Part shown: positions 1 to 8,981 of the stretch, piece after piece | Layout of the letters: every line of letters begins with the position of its first letter | Position numbering within the stretch: the first letter of the stretch is position 1 | Origin: Minisyncoccota bacterium | GTDB lineage: Bacteria > Patescibacteriota > Minisyncoccia > 2-02-FULL-40-12 > GWA2-44-9 | DNA length: 58,953 nucleotides | NCBI GenBank assembly: GCA_035583445.1 | Contig: DATEYD010000041.1 | Span: 1-58,953, forward strand | Reading direction: 5' to 3' | Made by a program: the position numbers and the translations under genes | Notes under the pieces: model-generated | The model's database searches: none | Told to the model about the DNA's origin: nothing | The model's input: the letters and a program-made list of their open reading frames with translations, nothing else

Positions 1-78
1 CCCCACCATGTCGACCGTGGCACTGAACGTCGGGACCTGCGCAGCCACGGTCGCTGCGAACAGGATCGGAATGAGCAT
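1..78 (-). CDS. 5' end of a CDS running off the left edge (hydrophobic N-terminus MLIPILFAATVAAQ...)
   Basis: ATG (cat at 76-78) is preceded by AAGGAGGGGGG (rc of 89-99). The frame is open to position 1. Too short to appear in the ORF track. Confidence 0.4.
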   Translation of the reverse strand, partial: MLIPILFAATVAAQVPTFSATVDMVG

Positions 79-148
79 GGAAAAGATCCCCCCTCCTTGA
101 GGCGCAGGTATACCACGGATCACACCTATACACAAAGGGACGCCCGAC

Positions 149-559
149 TCAGTAGTCGGGCGGAGGCGGAGGCGGGAAGATCGATTCCTTCTCCGTGCGG
201 TCGGTGATCGTCACGAGGACCGAGTCCGGATACTCCACGATCCATGAGTCGTTGCAGTCGTACCGGTCATTGGGGAACGTCAGGACATCGCTCAGTTTCA
301 GCACCAGAACGGACACGGTCCCGATCGGGAATCGGCGATCGCCCTGGGGCGCTTCGATGCGGATGGCATCGAGCTGCTGGGCGTACACGTCCTCGATCTC
401 GATCTCGTGCCGGTTCACTGTGGGGTGCCACACGAGGTACGCCACCCGGATGTGGTACCGGTACGGCAGCTGCAGCTGATGCATCTGATCGGGCACCAGT
501 CGAATCTGCTCGAGCGGATGCGACGCGCAGGCACAACCGAGGAGAAGTGCAAGGAGCAT
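149..559 (-). CDS. putative lipoprotein, function unknown
   Basis: Internal ATG at 557-559 of ORF 149..796, preceded by GGAGG. N-terminus MLLALLLGCACAS looks like a lipobox signal peptide. Pro-rich C-terminus. Confidence 0.55.
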   Translation of the reverse strand: MLLALLLGCACASHPLEQIRLVPDQMHQLQLPYRYHIRVAYLVWHPTVNRHEIEIEDVYAQQLDAIRIEAPQGDRRFPIGTVSVLVLKLSDVLTFPNDRYDCNDSWIVEYPDSVLVTITDRTEKESIFPPPPPPDY

Positions 560-605
560 GGGACCTCCAGTGGCGGAACGATATCCGACGTGATAGTTTT
601 TGCAA

Positions 606-1133
606 ATGCGATTCCGCGATCGGTCCTTAGCCATCACCGACATCGAAACTTCGGGATTGGACGCATCCGTCCACGAGATCCTCGACCTCGCCGTCCTTAT
701 CGTCGACCAGTCGACGCTCAAACCGATCGACGAATACCATGCGCGGATCCGCCCGCGGAACGTCGCCACCGCGGCCAGGCGCGCCCTAGAGGTCATCGGC
801 TACACTTCGCGTGGCTGGGCGGACGCGGTGGACCTTGAGACTGCGCTAACGGTGTACTCCCAGAAAGCCGCCAATGCGGTGTTCTGCTCATACAACATGT
901 ACCTGGCGTACTCGTTCCTCGACGCGGGATTCAAGGCCACGGGCGTAGAGGATCCCACCGACTACCATCGCCTCGACCTGTTCTCGCTCGCTTGGTCGCG
1001 CTTGGGCATGGGATCCATGAACCTGGATACGATCTGCAAGCGCCTGGACATCGTGCCGGAGCCGTTCCCGCATCGGGCAGCACAAGGAGCCGCCAAGCAG
1101 CTGCAGGTACTGCGCGCACTCCTGTACCGATGA
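606..1133 (+). CDS. DnaQ-like DEDD 3'-5' exonuclease domain protein
   Basis: ORF 600..1133. The ExoI-like motif AITDIETSGLD lies near the N-terminus and an H-x4 motif (HRAAQGA) near the C-terminus. ATG at 606 (a TTG at 600 is also possible). Confidence 0.6.
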   Translation: MRFRDRSLAITDIETSGLDASVHEILDLAVLIVDQSTLKPIDEYHARIRPRNVATAARRALEVIGYTSRGWADAVDLETALTVYSQKAANAVFCSYNMYLAYSFLDAGFKATGVEDPTDYHRLDLFSLAWSRLGMGSMNLDTICKRLDIVPEPFPHRAAQGAAKQLQVLRALLYR

Positions 1134-1672
1134 CCACGCGCCGCACTGTCCGGCTCTTGATCGCCATCCTCCTGGTCGCTGCCGGGTTCTCCTCCCAACG
1201 GCTACTGGACCGTCCGCCGGCAGAGATCGTACCCGAGCTAGCCGGCACGACCGTTCCCGACGGTTTCGTGCTGGTCATCTCGGTCGTGGACGGCGACACC
1301 ATTGAGATCGTCGATCCTGCGACCCCCGATCGGACCGTCCGCGTCCGATACATCGGCGTCGACACGCCGGAAACCGTACATCCTTCGAAACCGGTCCAGT
1401 GTTTCGGAGAGGAGGCATCGACATACAATCATGTGCTCGTGGACGGCCTCCCGGTGCGGCTGGAGCGCGACATCTCCGACACCGACCGGTACGGCCGGCT
1501 CCTGCGCTACGTGTATTCGGAGGATGGGACGTTCGTGAACCTGGAGTTGGTGCGCCAGGGGTACGCTACCGTCGTCACCTACCCGCCCGATGTGGCGCAC
1601 GCAGCGGAGTTCCAGGCTGCCCAGCAGGAGGCGCGCGATGCGGGACGCGGCCTCTGGACCGCATGCCGCTGA
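1130..1672 (+). CDS. membrane-anchored thermonuclease (staphylococcal nuclease/SNase fold)
   Basis: ATG at 1130 overlaps the upstream TGA (ATGA). N-terminal TM VRLLIAILLVAAGF. SNase motifs DGDT, RYIGVDTPE, DRYGRLLRYV and NLELVRQGYA. Confidence 0.8.
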   Translation: MTTRRTVRLLIAILLVAAGFSSQRLLDRPPAEIVPELAGTTVPDGFVLVISVVDGDTIEIVDPATPDRTVRVRYIGVDTPETVHPSKPVQCFGEEASTYNHVLVDGLPVRLERDISDTDRYGRLLRYVYSEDGTFVNLELVRQGYATVVTYPPDVAHAAEFQAAQQEARDAGRGLWTACR

Positions 1673-1676
1673 ACCC

Positions 1677-1705
1677 TTGGCAAAGGCGGATTGCCATGGT
1701 ATCAT
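1677..1705 (+). promoter_or_regulatory. sigma70-like promoter of the infC operon
   Basis: TTGGCA (1677-1682), 17-nt spacer, then TGgTATCAT extended -10 (1697-1705), about 24 nt upstream of the infC start. Confidence 0.45.
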
Positions 1706-1728
1706 GAAGCCCGTCCAAATATCCTGCA

Positions 1729-2280
1729 TTGGCTACCCGAGAACATCGCGTCAATCAACAGATCCGCATCCCTGAGGTCCAGGTCATCGACCAGGACGGC
1801 AAGCAGTTGGGGGTCATGAAGACGTTTGACGCGCTCCGGCTTGCCCGAGAGCGGGATTTGGACCTGGTGGAGGTCGGTGCGCACGCGCAACCGCCCATCA
1901 CCAAGATCATGGACTATGGGAAATACATGTACCAAAAGTCCAAGGAAGCGAAGTCCCGTCCGAAGCTGAAGGAGCGCAAGACCAAAGCTGTGCGCGTCGG
2001 ATTCAAGACCGGCGAACACGACCAGGCGTTCATCGCCAAGAAAGCGGAGGAGTTCCTCAATGAAGGCCACTGGGTCCGCGTGGAATTGACGCTCCGTGGC
2101 CGTGAGAAGGCGGTCGCCGAACGCGGCCTGGAACAGCTCAAGAAGTTCCTGGCCCGACTGACCGTCCCCTACACCGCCCAGGGAACCCCCCAGCGCGGAC
2201 CGTACGGATGGATCATCATCATCCAACCCGAGAAGAAAAGCATCGTAAAGCCTGCTGATTCCAATGCCGAACCTGCATAA
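1729..2280 (+). CDS. infC: translation initiation factor IF-3
   Basis: 183-aa ORF with typical IF-3 sequence (INQQIRIPEVQVIDQDGKQLGVM..., LDLVEV..., KITKIMDYGKY). The first in-frame start after the upstream TGA is TTG at 1729. Confidence 0.93.
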   Translation: MATREHRVNQQIRIPEVQVIDQDGKQLGVMKTFDALRLARERDLDLVEVGAHAQPPITKIMDYGKYMYQKSKEAKSRPKLKERKTKAVRVGFKTGEHDQAFIAKKAEEFLNEGHWVRVELTLRGREKAVAERGLEQLKKFLARLTVPYTAQGTPQRGPYGWIIIIQPEKKSIVKPADSNAEPA

Positions 2281-2476
2281 GTCCAACCGGTCGCTGGCAA
2301 AGCGCATCAAGGTGACTGCCTCCGGCAAGGTCACCAAGCGTAAGCCGCGTCAGAACCATTTCAACGCCAAGGATTCCGGCGTTGTTGGCCTGCGCAAGCA
2401 TGGCTCCATGAGCGCGCCACAGGAGTACAACAAACAGTTCCAGAAGCTCCTGCCGTCCGAGAATATTTCCTCATAA
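2264..2476 (+). CDS. rpmI: 50S ribosomal protein L35
   Basis: 70-aa basic ORF MPNLHKSNRSLAKRIKVTASGKV... in the conserved infC-rpmI-rplT order. Overlaps the infC end. Confidence 0.9.
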   Translation: MPNLHKSNRSLAKRIKVTASGKVTKRKPRQNHFNAKDSGVVGLRKHGSMSAPQEYNKQFQKLLPSENISS

Positions 2477-2486
2477 CCCTACCCCT

Positions 2487-2828
2487 ATGACCCGAGCCAA
2501 ACGAGGAGTCGTCGCCAGTCAACGCCGCAAACGGCTCTTGAAGCACGCCAAAGGCTTCAAATGGACGCGCAGCACCAAGTACCGCCAGGCAAAGGAGGCG
2601 CTCCTGCATGCCTGGTCGTTCGAGTTCGCCGACCGCAAGAAGAAGAAGCGTAACTTCCGCCGGCTCTGGCAGATTCGCATCGGCGCTGCTGCCCGTGCGA
2701 ACGGCATCTCCTACTCCAAGCTTATCGAACAGCTCAAGAAGGCGCAGATCGAGCTGGACCGTAAAGTGCTCTCGCAGATCGCTGCCCAGCATCCCGAACT
2801 GTTCTCAAAAATCGTCGCGACGAAATAA
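2487..2828 (+). CDS. rplT: 50S ribosomal protein L20
   Basis: 113-aa ORF MTRAKRGVVASQRRKRLLKHAKGF... with RRLWQIRI, typical of L20. Confidence 0.93.
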   Translation: MTRAKRGVVASQRRKRLLKHAKGFKWTRSTKYRQAKEALLHAWSFEFADRKKKKRNFRRLWQIRIGAAARANGISYSKLIEQLKKAQIELDRKVLSQIAAQHPELFSKIVATK

Positions 2829-2841
2829 CCTGTCGCATCAC

Positions 2842-2872
2842 GAACGCCCCCTTGCGGGGACGTTCTGTTTTT
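2842..2872 (+). terminator. intrinsic terminator after rplT
   Basis: GAACGCCCC-cttgc-GGGGACGTTC hairpin followed by TGTTTTT. Confidence 0.6.
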
Positions 2873-2900
2873 GACAGCGTGAAGCGTCCGGAGGTGTCCT

Positions 2901-3419
2901 TTGCCAATACGGATCCTGCGGGACGACCCGATCTACCAGGCGTGCCTGGACGAGGCGCGGAAGTCGCCGTGCCAGAAGAAGAAGGTGGGGGCGGTCCTGG
3001 TGTTTGATGGACGGCCGCTGGTCGCGGAGCACAACCGACCCACCGAAGAGCCCAAGCGGCTCTGCGACCCCGAGTGCATCAGGCTGATCGTCCCGAACTG
3101 CGACAGCGCCCTGAGCGCGTGTGACCACGCCGAAGAGCGGCTCCTACTCGAGCAACTCAGGCAGGGGCGCGGACCATTCCTTGCCTACCATGATCTCTAC
3201 GTGGCCGCCTTGAATGCCGACGGAACGCCGGAGCGCCGGGTCTTCGGACAGTTCAACTGTCTGCGATGCGCCCGCATCATCAACGCCTCAGGTGTGCGCA
3301 TGGTCTACACGGCGTGGCTGGGAACGTACTGGGTGTCGAACACGCCACGGGACACGCTCATCTACGCCAGTGACTACGCCCTGCGCAGGCTGCTGCACAG
3401 CCGAAAGCCCCGCCCGTGA
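2901..3419 (+). CDS. CMP/dCMP-type zinc deaminase-like protein
   Basis: TTG start. Carries a C-DHAEE (HAE) motif and a downstream CLRC pair, resembling the cytidine/deoxycytidylate deaminase zinc site. The second motif has N in place of the usual P. Confidence 0.5.
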   Translation: MPIRILRDDPIYQACLDEARKSPCQKKKVGAVLVFDGRPLVAEHNRPTEEPKRLCDPECIRLIVPNCDSALSACDHAEERLLLEQLRQGRGPFLAYHDLYVAALNADGTPERRVFGQFNCLRCARIINASGVRMVYTAWLGTYWVSNTPRDTLIYASDYALRRLLHSRKPRP

Positions 3420-3434
3420 GGACGGGGCGCTCTC

Positions 3435-3932
3435 TTAGTCGAGGATCTCGAACCCGAGTTCGCAGGCCCGCTTGATGCGATCAGGTTCAAGCCGTGCATC
3501 GAATCTGGCGAATTGAACGGTGCCATCGGATAGAACCTTGTACCGACTAATCCCGCCATTGCCATAGATGGTGTAGACGATGTGTGGATCCTCTGCGAGC
3601 TCCTCGGGACTCAAATTGTGCAGATGGGTGAGCGCCCCGATGACGCTGAATCCCGCGACATCTTCAATGGCAGCGGGCTCGGTAATCCCTCTTTCAAATA
3701 CGATCCGCTCTGCATCCGTCTGTTGATTCAGCCAAGCCGGCCCTTCGATGAAGGCCATCGCCCGGATGGTCGGCCCGGGATTCTTCAGGAGATTCCGCTC
3801 TTGAAGGTCCCGCTCGAGTGATCCTTGTGTCGGCGCGTCTTCCATGCCTCCCATCATATCGTGCCATTTCGATGCGGCAATATTGAACAAACCGGCAATT
3901 CTGATAAAATGCGGTACTGTCAACGGCGCCAT
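3435..3932 (-). CDS. hypothetical protein
   Basis: 165-aa ORF with no motif I recognise. The annotated start overlaps tRNA-Glu by 8 nt, so the true start may be an internal Met (3857, 3854 or 3845). Confidence 0.45.
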   Translation of the reverse strand: MAPLTVPHFIRIAGLFNIAASKWHDMMGGMEDAPTQGSLERDLQERNLLKNPGPTIRAMAFIEGPAWLNQQTDAERIVFERGITEPAAIEDVAGFSVIGALTHLHNLSPEELAEDPHIVYTIYGNGGISRYKVLSDGTVQFARFDARLEPDRIKRACELGFEILD

Positions 3933-3999
3933 CGTCTAGTCTGGCCTAGGACACAGGATTTTCATTCCTGGAACGCGGGTTCGAATCCCGCTGGCGCTA
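3925..3999 (+). tRNA. tRNA-Glu(TTC)
   Basis: Cloverleaf read by eye: acceptor GGCGCCA/TGGCGCT, anticodon arm CAGGA-TTTTCAT-TCCTG, T arm GCGGG-TTCGAAT-CCCGC. CCA not encoded. Confidence 0.88.
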
Positions 4000-4000
4000 C

Positions 4001-4492
4001 ATGGAATTCCGATTCACGAACGATTTTGCGGTGTCCCGGTTGGACGAGATCGTCTCTTTTCTCCTCGGTCCACGCCTCTGGATACCGCGCGATGATTACC
4101 CCGATTTTCTGGCATGGGCCGATAAAACGCATCGCGAGCTTCGGCGAGAGGCCAAACGTGCCATGGTCGCTTTTCGCGGCACTGATATTGTCGGCATCAC
4201 TGTATATCAGCGGCACAAGAAGGATTCGGATGCGCTCGAGATAAAGAATCTCACTGTCCGGCCTGATGCGCGCGGCCGGTACATCGCGAGTTTCCTGATA
4301 CGCAACACGGAAATCGAAGGCGTCCGAGAATTCGGGTCTTCATCCGTGGTATGCGATGCGAAGGCGAACAATCTTTCTGTCCGATATTTTTTGGCAAAGC
4401 ATGGGTATCGCATCCTTGGACGGCATGACTTGTACGGATTGAGGTCCGGCGACGACCTGGTCTACGCCAAACGCACGATCCCTCTCGCATGA
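4001..4492 (+). CDS. GNAT family N-acetyltransferase (RimI-like context)
   Basis: 163-aa ORF. Acetyl-CoA pocket-like VRPDARGRYIASFL. Lies immediately upstream of tsaD and overlaps it (ATGA), as rimI often does. Confidence 0.6.
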   Translation: MEFRFTNDFAVSRLDEIVSFLLGPRLWIPRDDYPDFLAWADKTHRELRREAKRAMVAFRGTDIVGITVYQRHKKDSDALEIKNLTVRPDARGRYIASFLIRNTEIEGVREFGSSSVVCDAKANNLSVRYFLAKHGYRILGRHDLYGLRSGDDLVYAKRTIPLA

Positions 4493-5544
4493 ACATACTA
4501 GCCATCGAGACGTCGTGCGACGAGACGGCAGTGTCAGTCGTCGAAACAACCAATACGGGTTTTTCGGTGCACTCGAACATCGTGTCGAGCCAGGTTGCCA
4601 TACATGAACGGTTCGGGGGCGTCGTGCCGGCGCTTGCTGCCCGTGAGCACGCGGAAAACATCGAGCATGTGTTCGCCTCGGCGCTCCGAGATACCGGCAT
4701 CTCCGACCCTGAGCACGAGATCGACCTGATTGCAGTCACTCGCGGTCCGGGACTCGGGCCCGCCCTTCTGGTTGGACTGATGTTCGCACGCACGCTCGCA
4801 TGGAAATGGCAGAAGCCCTTGGTGGGTGTGGATCATATGGACGGGCATATCCATTCGAACTGGCTCGGGCGGTCGATGCCCACCGACCTCTTCCCCGCTC
4901 TGAACCTGGTGGTCTCCGGCGGACACACGGAGCTTGTGCTGATGCGCGACCACGGCGACTACGAGATCCTCGGCGAGACTCGCGATGACGCGGTCGGCGA
5001 AGCGTTCGACAAGGTCGCTCGTCTTCTGGAGCTCGGGTACCCTGGCGGGCCTCGCATCTCGAAGCTCGCACTAGGAGGCAATCCCGCCGCGTACCCTCTG
5101 CCGCGTCCTATGCTGAGCAGCGGTGATCTTGATTTCTCATACTCCGGGCTCAAGACCGCGGTGCTCTACCTCATCCGCGACCTCGGCGGGACGTTGAGCG
5201 CGCAACAGAAAGCCGACATCGCTGCCTCGTTCCAGGAAGCAGCCGTCGACGTGCTCATCCAGAAGACCCGGACCGCAGCGCGAGACCATCACGTCCGGTC
5301 CCTGCTGCTTTCCGGCGGGGTCAGCGCGAACACGCTCCTGCGGGAACGTCTCCAAGCGTTGGGATCCGAGCTTCGGCTCCCGGTCCACATCCCGGATCTG
5401 GCATTCACCGGTGACAATGCGGCGATGATCGCGGTCGCCGGATATTTCGTATTTGAAAAAGACCAGACCCCCTTCTCTTGGGAGTCGGTCCAGATGGATG
5501 CGAACTTGCGGCTGGGCGGATCCTCCGAGCTCGTTCAGCATTGA
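4489..5544 (+). CDS. tsaD: tRNA N6-adenosine threonylcarbamoyltransferase TsaD (Kae1/Gcp)
   Basis: 351-aa ORF MNILAIETSCDETAVSVVE..., GGVVPALAAREH, HMDGHI, SGGHTEL, SGGVSAN. Confidence 0.92.
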   Translation: MNILAIETSCDETAVSVVETTNTGFSVHSNIVSSQVAIHERFGGVVPALAAREHAENIEHVFASALRDTGISDPEHEIDLIAVTRGPGLGPALLVGLMFARTLAWKWQKPLVGVDHMDGHIHSNWLGRSMPTDLFPALNLVVSGGHTELVLMRDHGDYEILGETRDDAVGEAFDKVARLLELGYPGGPRISKLALGGNPAAYPLPRPMLSSGDLDFSYSGLKTAVLYLIRDLGGTLSAQQKADIAASFQEAAVDVLIQKTRTAARDHHVRSLLLSGGVSANTLLRERLQALGSELRLPVHIPDLAFTGDNAAMIAVAGYFVFEKDQTPFSWESVQMDANLRLGGSSELVQH

Positions 5545-5599
5545 ATCAGCTGCGTTTTCCGAGTACGATGAGCCTCGTACGCATGATACTTCTACACTG

Positions 5600-7666
5600 A
5601 TGTCGAGCATCGAGCTCCCCAAGGCATACGACCCTGCTGCCACCGAAGACCACATCTACCAACGCTGGACGGACAGCGGATTTTTCAATCCTGACAACCT
5701 TCCCGGCGAACGGACGAAGAACTTCGTCACGGCCATCGCTCCTCCGAACATTACCGGCGAGCTCCATATGGGACATGCGCTGGAGACTTCCCTAGAGGAC
5801 ATCCTCGTCCGCATGCGTCGTATGCAAGGATACCGGGTGCTCTACCTGCCCGGCACCGACCACGCTGGCATCGCCGCACAGAATAAGGTTGAAAAACAAC
5901 TCGCTAAGGAAGGGACAACGCGTCAGAAGCTCGGCCGTGAGAAATTCCTTGAGCGCATGTGGGAGTGGAAGGAGAAGTACGGAGGCATCATTCTGAGCCA
6001 GTTCCGCAAGCTCGGCCTCTCCCTGGACTGGAGCCGCTCCCGCTTCACCATGGACCCCGCATACCAGAAAGCCGTCGAGACCGCGTTCAAGGAATACCAC
6101 TCGCGCGGATGGATCTACCAAGGCGAACGGGTCGTGAATTGGTGCGCCCGCTGCGCCACGTCCATTTCCGACCTCGAGGTGAATTATGTGCCGGAGAAGA
6201 CCAAGCTCTACTACATCACCTACGGACCGTTCACGCTTGCTACCACGCGCCCCGAGACCAAGCTGGGTGACACCGCCCTGGCAGTTCACCCGGATGACGA
6301 CCGGTACCGGCAGTATGTTGGACAGGAATTGGAGATCGAGTCCGTCGATCCCTCGGTTCCGCAGGACCAGCCGCCCCTGAAGAAGACGATCCGCATCACG
6401 GTCGTCGCTGATGAGGCGGTGGATCCGAAGTTCGGCACCGGCATCGTGAAAGTGACACCCGCGCATGATGTGACCGATTCTGAGATCGCCCAACGGCACG
6501 CTCTGCCCTCCGTGACCATTATCGACGAGCACGGTCGGATGAATGACAATGCGGGCGTCCGCTATGCGGGGATGAAGGTCGCCCAAGCTCGTGAGCACAT
6601 CGTCCATGACCTCGAACAGCTCGGACTGCTCCCGAAGACGGAAGAATACGAGCACAACATCGGTCGGTGCGACCGATGCGACTCGGTCATCGAACCACTG
6701 CCGTCCAAGCAATGGTTCTTGAAGATGAGCGAGCTCGCGAAGCTCGCGCTTGAGGCGCTCGACCGCGAGGAAGTCCGCGTGCGGCCTGAGCGTTGGGGCG
6801 TCGCGCTCCAACGCTGGCTTGAGAATGTGCGCGATTGGAACATCTCCCGACAGCTTTGGTGGGGGCACAAGATCCCGCTGGAAGGCGTGGATGACGTCCT
6901 GGACACCTGGTTCTCATCAGCGCTCTGGCCGTTCGCGACGCTTGGGTGGCCGGAGAAGACACCCGATATGGATCAGTACTACCCGACCCAGTTCATCACC
7001 TCTGACCGTGGCATTCTCTTCCTCTGGCAGGCGCGAATGATCTTCTCGGGGAAGTTCTTCACCGGCAAAGCGCCGTTCAGTGACCTGTACATCCATGCGA
7101 CCGTGCTCACCAAGGACGGAAAGCGGATGTCCAAGTCATTGGGCACAGGCGTGGACCCGTTGGTCCTCATCGAGAAATACGGGGCTGACGCCCTCCGGTT
7201 CGGTCTGGCATACCAGACGACACTGGGGCAGGACATGAAGTTCGGCGAGGACACGAGCCTCATGGGCAAGAAGTTCGCCAACAAGCTCTGGAACATCGCC
7301 CGCTACGTGCTCGGAAAAGTCGGTGACGTGCAACCGTACCTTAAATCAACAAGTGTTTCGAGTAATTGGACTACAAAGATCGATGCGCTCGCTACAGCAG
7401 TTACGGCGCATGTCGAGAGCTATCAGTTCGGCGAGGCCGCCCATGCGCTGTATGACTTCGTCTGGCACGACATTGCCGACACCTACATCGAGGAAACGAA
7501 GAACCGAGATGACGAAGAGACCAAAAAAACCTTGGTCTACCTGCTTCTCACCTCCCTGAAGCTGCTCCATCCGTTCATGCCGTTCGTCACCGAAGAGCTC
7601 TGGGGCCGGATCCATGGAACGGATGATCCGGCCACGATGCTCGTGGTGCAGGCGTGGCCGCGCTAG
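5600..7666 (+). CDS. valS: valine--tRNA ligase (short form, 688 aa)
   Basis: ATG at 5600 inside ORF 5453..7666 (MSSIELPKAYDPAATEDHIYQRW). HIGH-type PPNITGELHMGH, editing-domain TRPETKLGDTALAVHP, KMSKS as GKRMSKS. Confidence 0.9.
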   Translation: MSSIELPKAYDPAATEDHIYQRWTDSGFFNPDNLPGERTKNFVTAIAPPNITGELHMGHALETSLEDILVRMRRMQGYRVLYLPGTDHAGIAAQNKVEKQLAKEGTTRQKLGREKFLERMWEWKEKYGGIILSQFRKLGLSLDWSRSRFTMDPAYQKAVETAFKEYHSRGWIYQGERVVNWCARCATSISDLEVNYVPEKTKLYYITYGPFTLATTRPETKLGDTALAVHPDDDRYRQYVGQELEIESVDPSVPQDQPPLKKTIRITVVADEAVDPKFGTGIVKVTPAHDVTDSEIAQRHALPSVTIIDEHGRMNDNAGVRYAGMKVAQAREHIVHDLEQLGLLPKTEEYEHNIGRCDRCDSVIEPLPSKQWFLKMSELAKLALEALDREEVRVRPERWGVALQRWLENVRDWNISRQLWWGHKIPLEGVDDVLDTWFSSALWPFATLGWPEKTPDMDQYYPTQFITSDRGILFLWQARMIFSGKFFTGKAPFSDLYIHATVLTKDGKRMSKSLGTGVDPLVLIEKYGADALRFGLAYQTTLGQDMKFGEDTSLMGKKFANKLWNIARYVLGKVGDVQPYLKSTSVSSNWTTKIDALATAVTAHVESYQFGEAAHALYDFVWHDIADTYIEETKNRDDEETKKTLVYLLLTSLKLLHPFMPFVTEELWGRIHGTDDPATMLVVQAWPR

Positions 7667-7683
7667 GTGTATACTGGAGGGAC

Positions 7684-8409
7684 ATGTTGTCATCGTACGC
7701 ACTCCTCATCGGCATCGGGCTGACGCCGTCATTGATTTGGCTGGCGTACTGGCTACGCAAGGACTGTCACCCCGAGCCGAAGGTCCTCATCACCAAGGTT
7801 CTCCTCCTTGGGATTATCCTTTCTCCCCTTGCGATCGCCGCTCAGCTGTTGTTCGTACAGGCAGCATCGGATCTGTTCGGTCTGAATGCCGACGCGTTCT
7901 CGGATTCGAGCTGGTTCTTCCTGGGAGCGGCGCTCATCGAGGAAACGGTCAAATGGCTGGCCGTCTGGTTCATCGTTCTGCGCAACCCGGAATTCGACGA
8001 ACCGGTGGATGCCATGATCTACATGCTCACAGCGGCGATGGGGTTCGCGGCCATGGAGAACATCCTGGTCATCAACCGGGTCATCGGCGACGGAGTTACC
8101 GCCACGGTGGGCATCTGGGGGCTCCGCTTCGCCGGCGCGACCCTCCTGCACGCCCTCTCGTCCGCTCTCCTGGGCTACTTCATCGCCCTCTCCTGGTTCG
8201 CTTACCGGCACCGCCAGAAGCTGTTTTGGACCGGTTTAGCGCTGGCAACCGTGTTCCATTGGGTGTTCAATATGTTCATCAGCCAGATGCAGCACTCCCT
8301 CTCCCTGATGTTCTCCACGCTCCTGTTGATTGTCATGGCATTCCTGATATCGGCATTGTTTGATAAAATCAAAGAGCGGGATGGCGCCATCCGCGCCAAC
8401 GTCTGCTGA
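7684..8409 (+). CDS. PrsW-family intramembrane metalloprotease-like protein
   Basis: ATG at 7684 preceded by GGAGGG. Polytopic membrane protein with EETVKW, AAMGFAAMEN and LLHALSSAL motifs, as in PrsW/CPBP-like proteases. Confidence 0.6.
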   Translation: MLSSYALLIGIGLTPSLIWLAYWLRKDCHPEPKVLITKVLLLGIILSPLAIAAQLLFVQAASDLFGLNADAFSDSSWFFLGAALIEETVKWLAVWFIVLRNPEFDEPVDAMIYMLTAAMGFAAMENILVINRVIGDGVTATVGIWGLRFAGATLLHALSSALLGYFIALSWFAYRHRQKLFWTGLALATVFHWVFNMFISQMQHSLSLMFSTLLLIVMAFLISALFDKIKERDGAIRANVC

Positions 8410-8414
8410 CATCC

Positions 8415-8804
8415 ATGGAACTCCCCGACGAACTCGATATTCGGCTTGCAGCGAAGAAGGAACCCGAACCCGAAGAGGGCTCGCTGACCGTCGACGTCTT
8501 CAAGGAAGACGGCGAGATCGTCATCCAATCCACGATCGCCGGCACGACCGCCCAGGATCTGGACATCTCGATCCTCAACGACATGGTCACGATCAAGGGA
8601 TCCCGGAAGCCAGACACGGACGTGCAGTCCAAGGACTACTTCTACCAGGAGCTCTACTGGGGCGCGTTCTCCCGGACCATCATCCTCCCCGAGGAAGTGG
8701 ACGCCGACAGCGCCCGCGCCAGCATGAAGAATGGCATCCTGACGATACGCCTCCCGACCATTCAGAAAGCGAAGACCAAGAAGGTCATGGTCGAATTGAA
8801 ATAA
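8415..8804 (+). CDS. Hsp20/alpha-crystallin small heat-shock protein
   Basis: 129-aa ORF. Alpha-crystallin domain signature ...GAFSRTIILPEEVDADSARASMKNGILTIRLP. Confidence 0.85.
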   Translation: MELPDELDIRLAAKKEPEPEEGSLTVDVFKEDGEIVIQSTIAGTTAQDLDISILNDMVTIKGSRKPDTDVQSKDYFYQELYWGAFSRTIILPEEVDADSARASMKNGILTIRLPTIQKAKTKKVMVELK

Positions 8805-8847
8805 CCTCGATTTCGTGGTATTGTATGGCGGCCGAAAGGCCGTTTTC

Positions 8848-8932
8848 GCTCCCGTGGAGGAACTGGCAGACTCGCCGCCCTTAGGAGGCGGTGCCGTAAG
8901 GCGTGGGGGTTCAAATCCCTCCGGGAGCACCA
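8848..8932 (+). tRNA. tRNA-Leu(TAG), CCA encoded
   Basis: Acceptor GCTCCCG/CGGGAGC, anticodon arm CCGCC-CTTAGGA-GGCGG, long variable arm TGCCGTAAGGCGT, T loop TTCAAAT, 3' ACCA. Confidence 0.88.
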
Positions 8933-8935
8933 AAC

Positions 8936-8964
8936 ACAAAGGACCCGCTGTGCGGGTCCTTTGT
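8936..8964. terminator. 13-bp hairpin between tRNA-Leu (+) and the pilin operon (-), likely a bidirectional terminator
   Basis: ACAAAGGACCCGC-tgt-GCGGGTCCTTTGT. Confidence 0.55.
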
Positions 8965-8981
8965 CATGAATCGATGGGATA

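Noticed and set aside
5792-6868. 358-aa minus-strand ORF
   Set aside because: It is antisense to valS.
8202-8939. 245-aa minus-strand ORF
   Set aside because: It runs antisense across the prsW-like gene end, the Hsp20 gene and tRNA-Leu, so it cannot coexist with three well-supported features.
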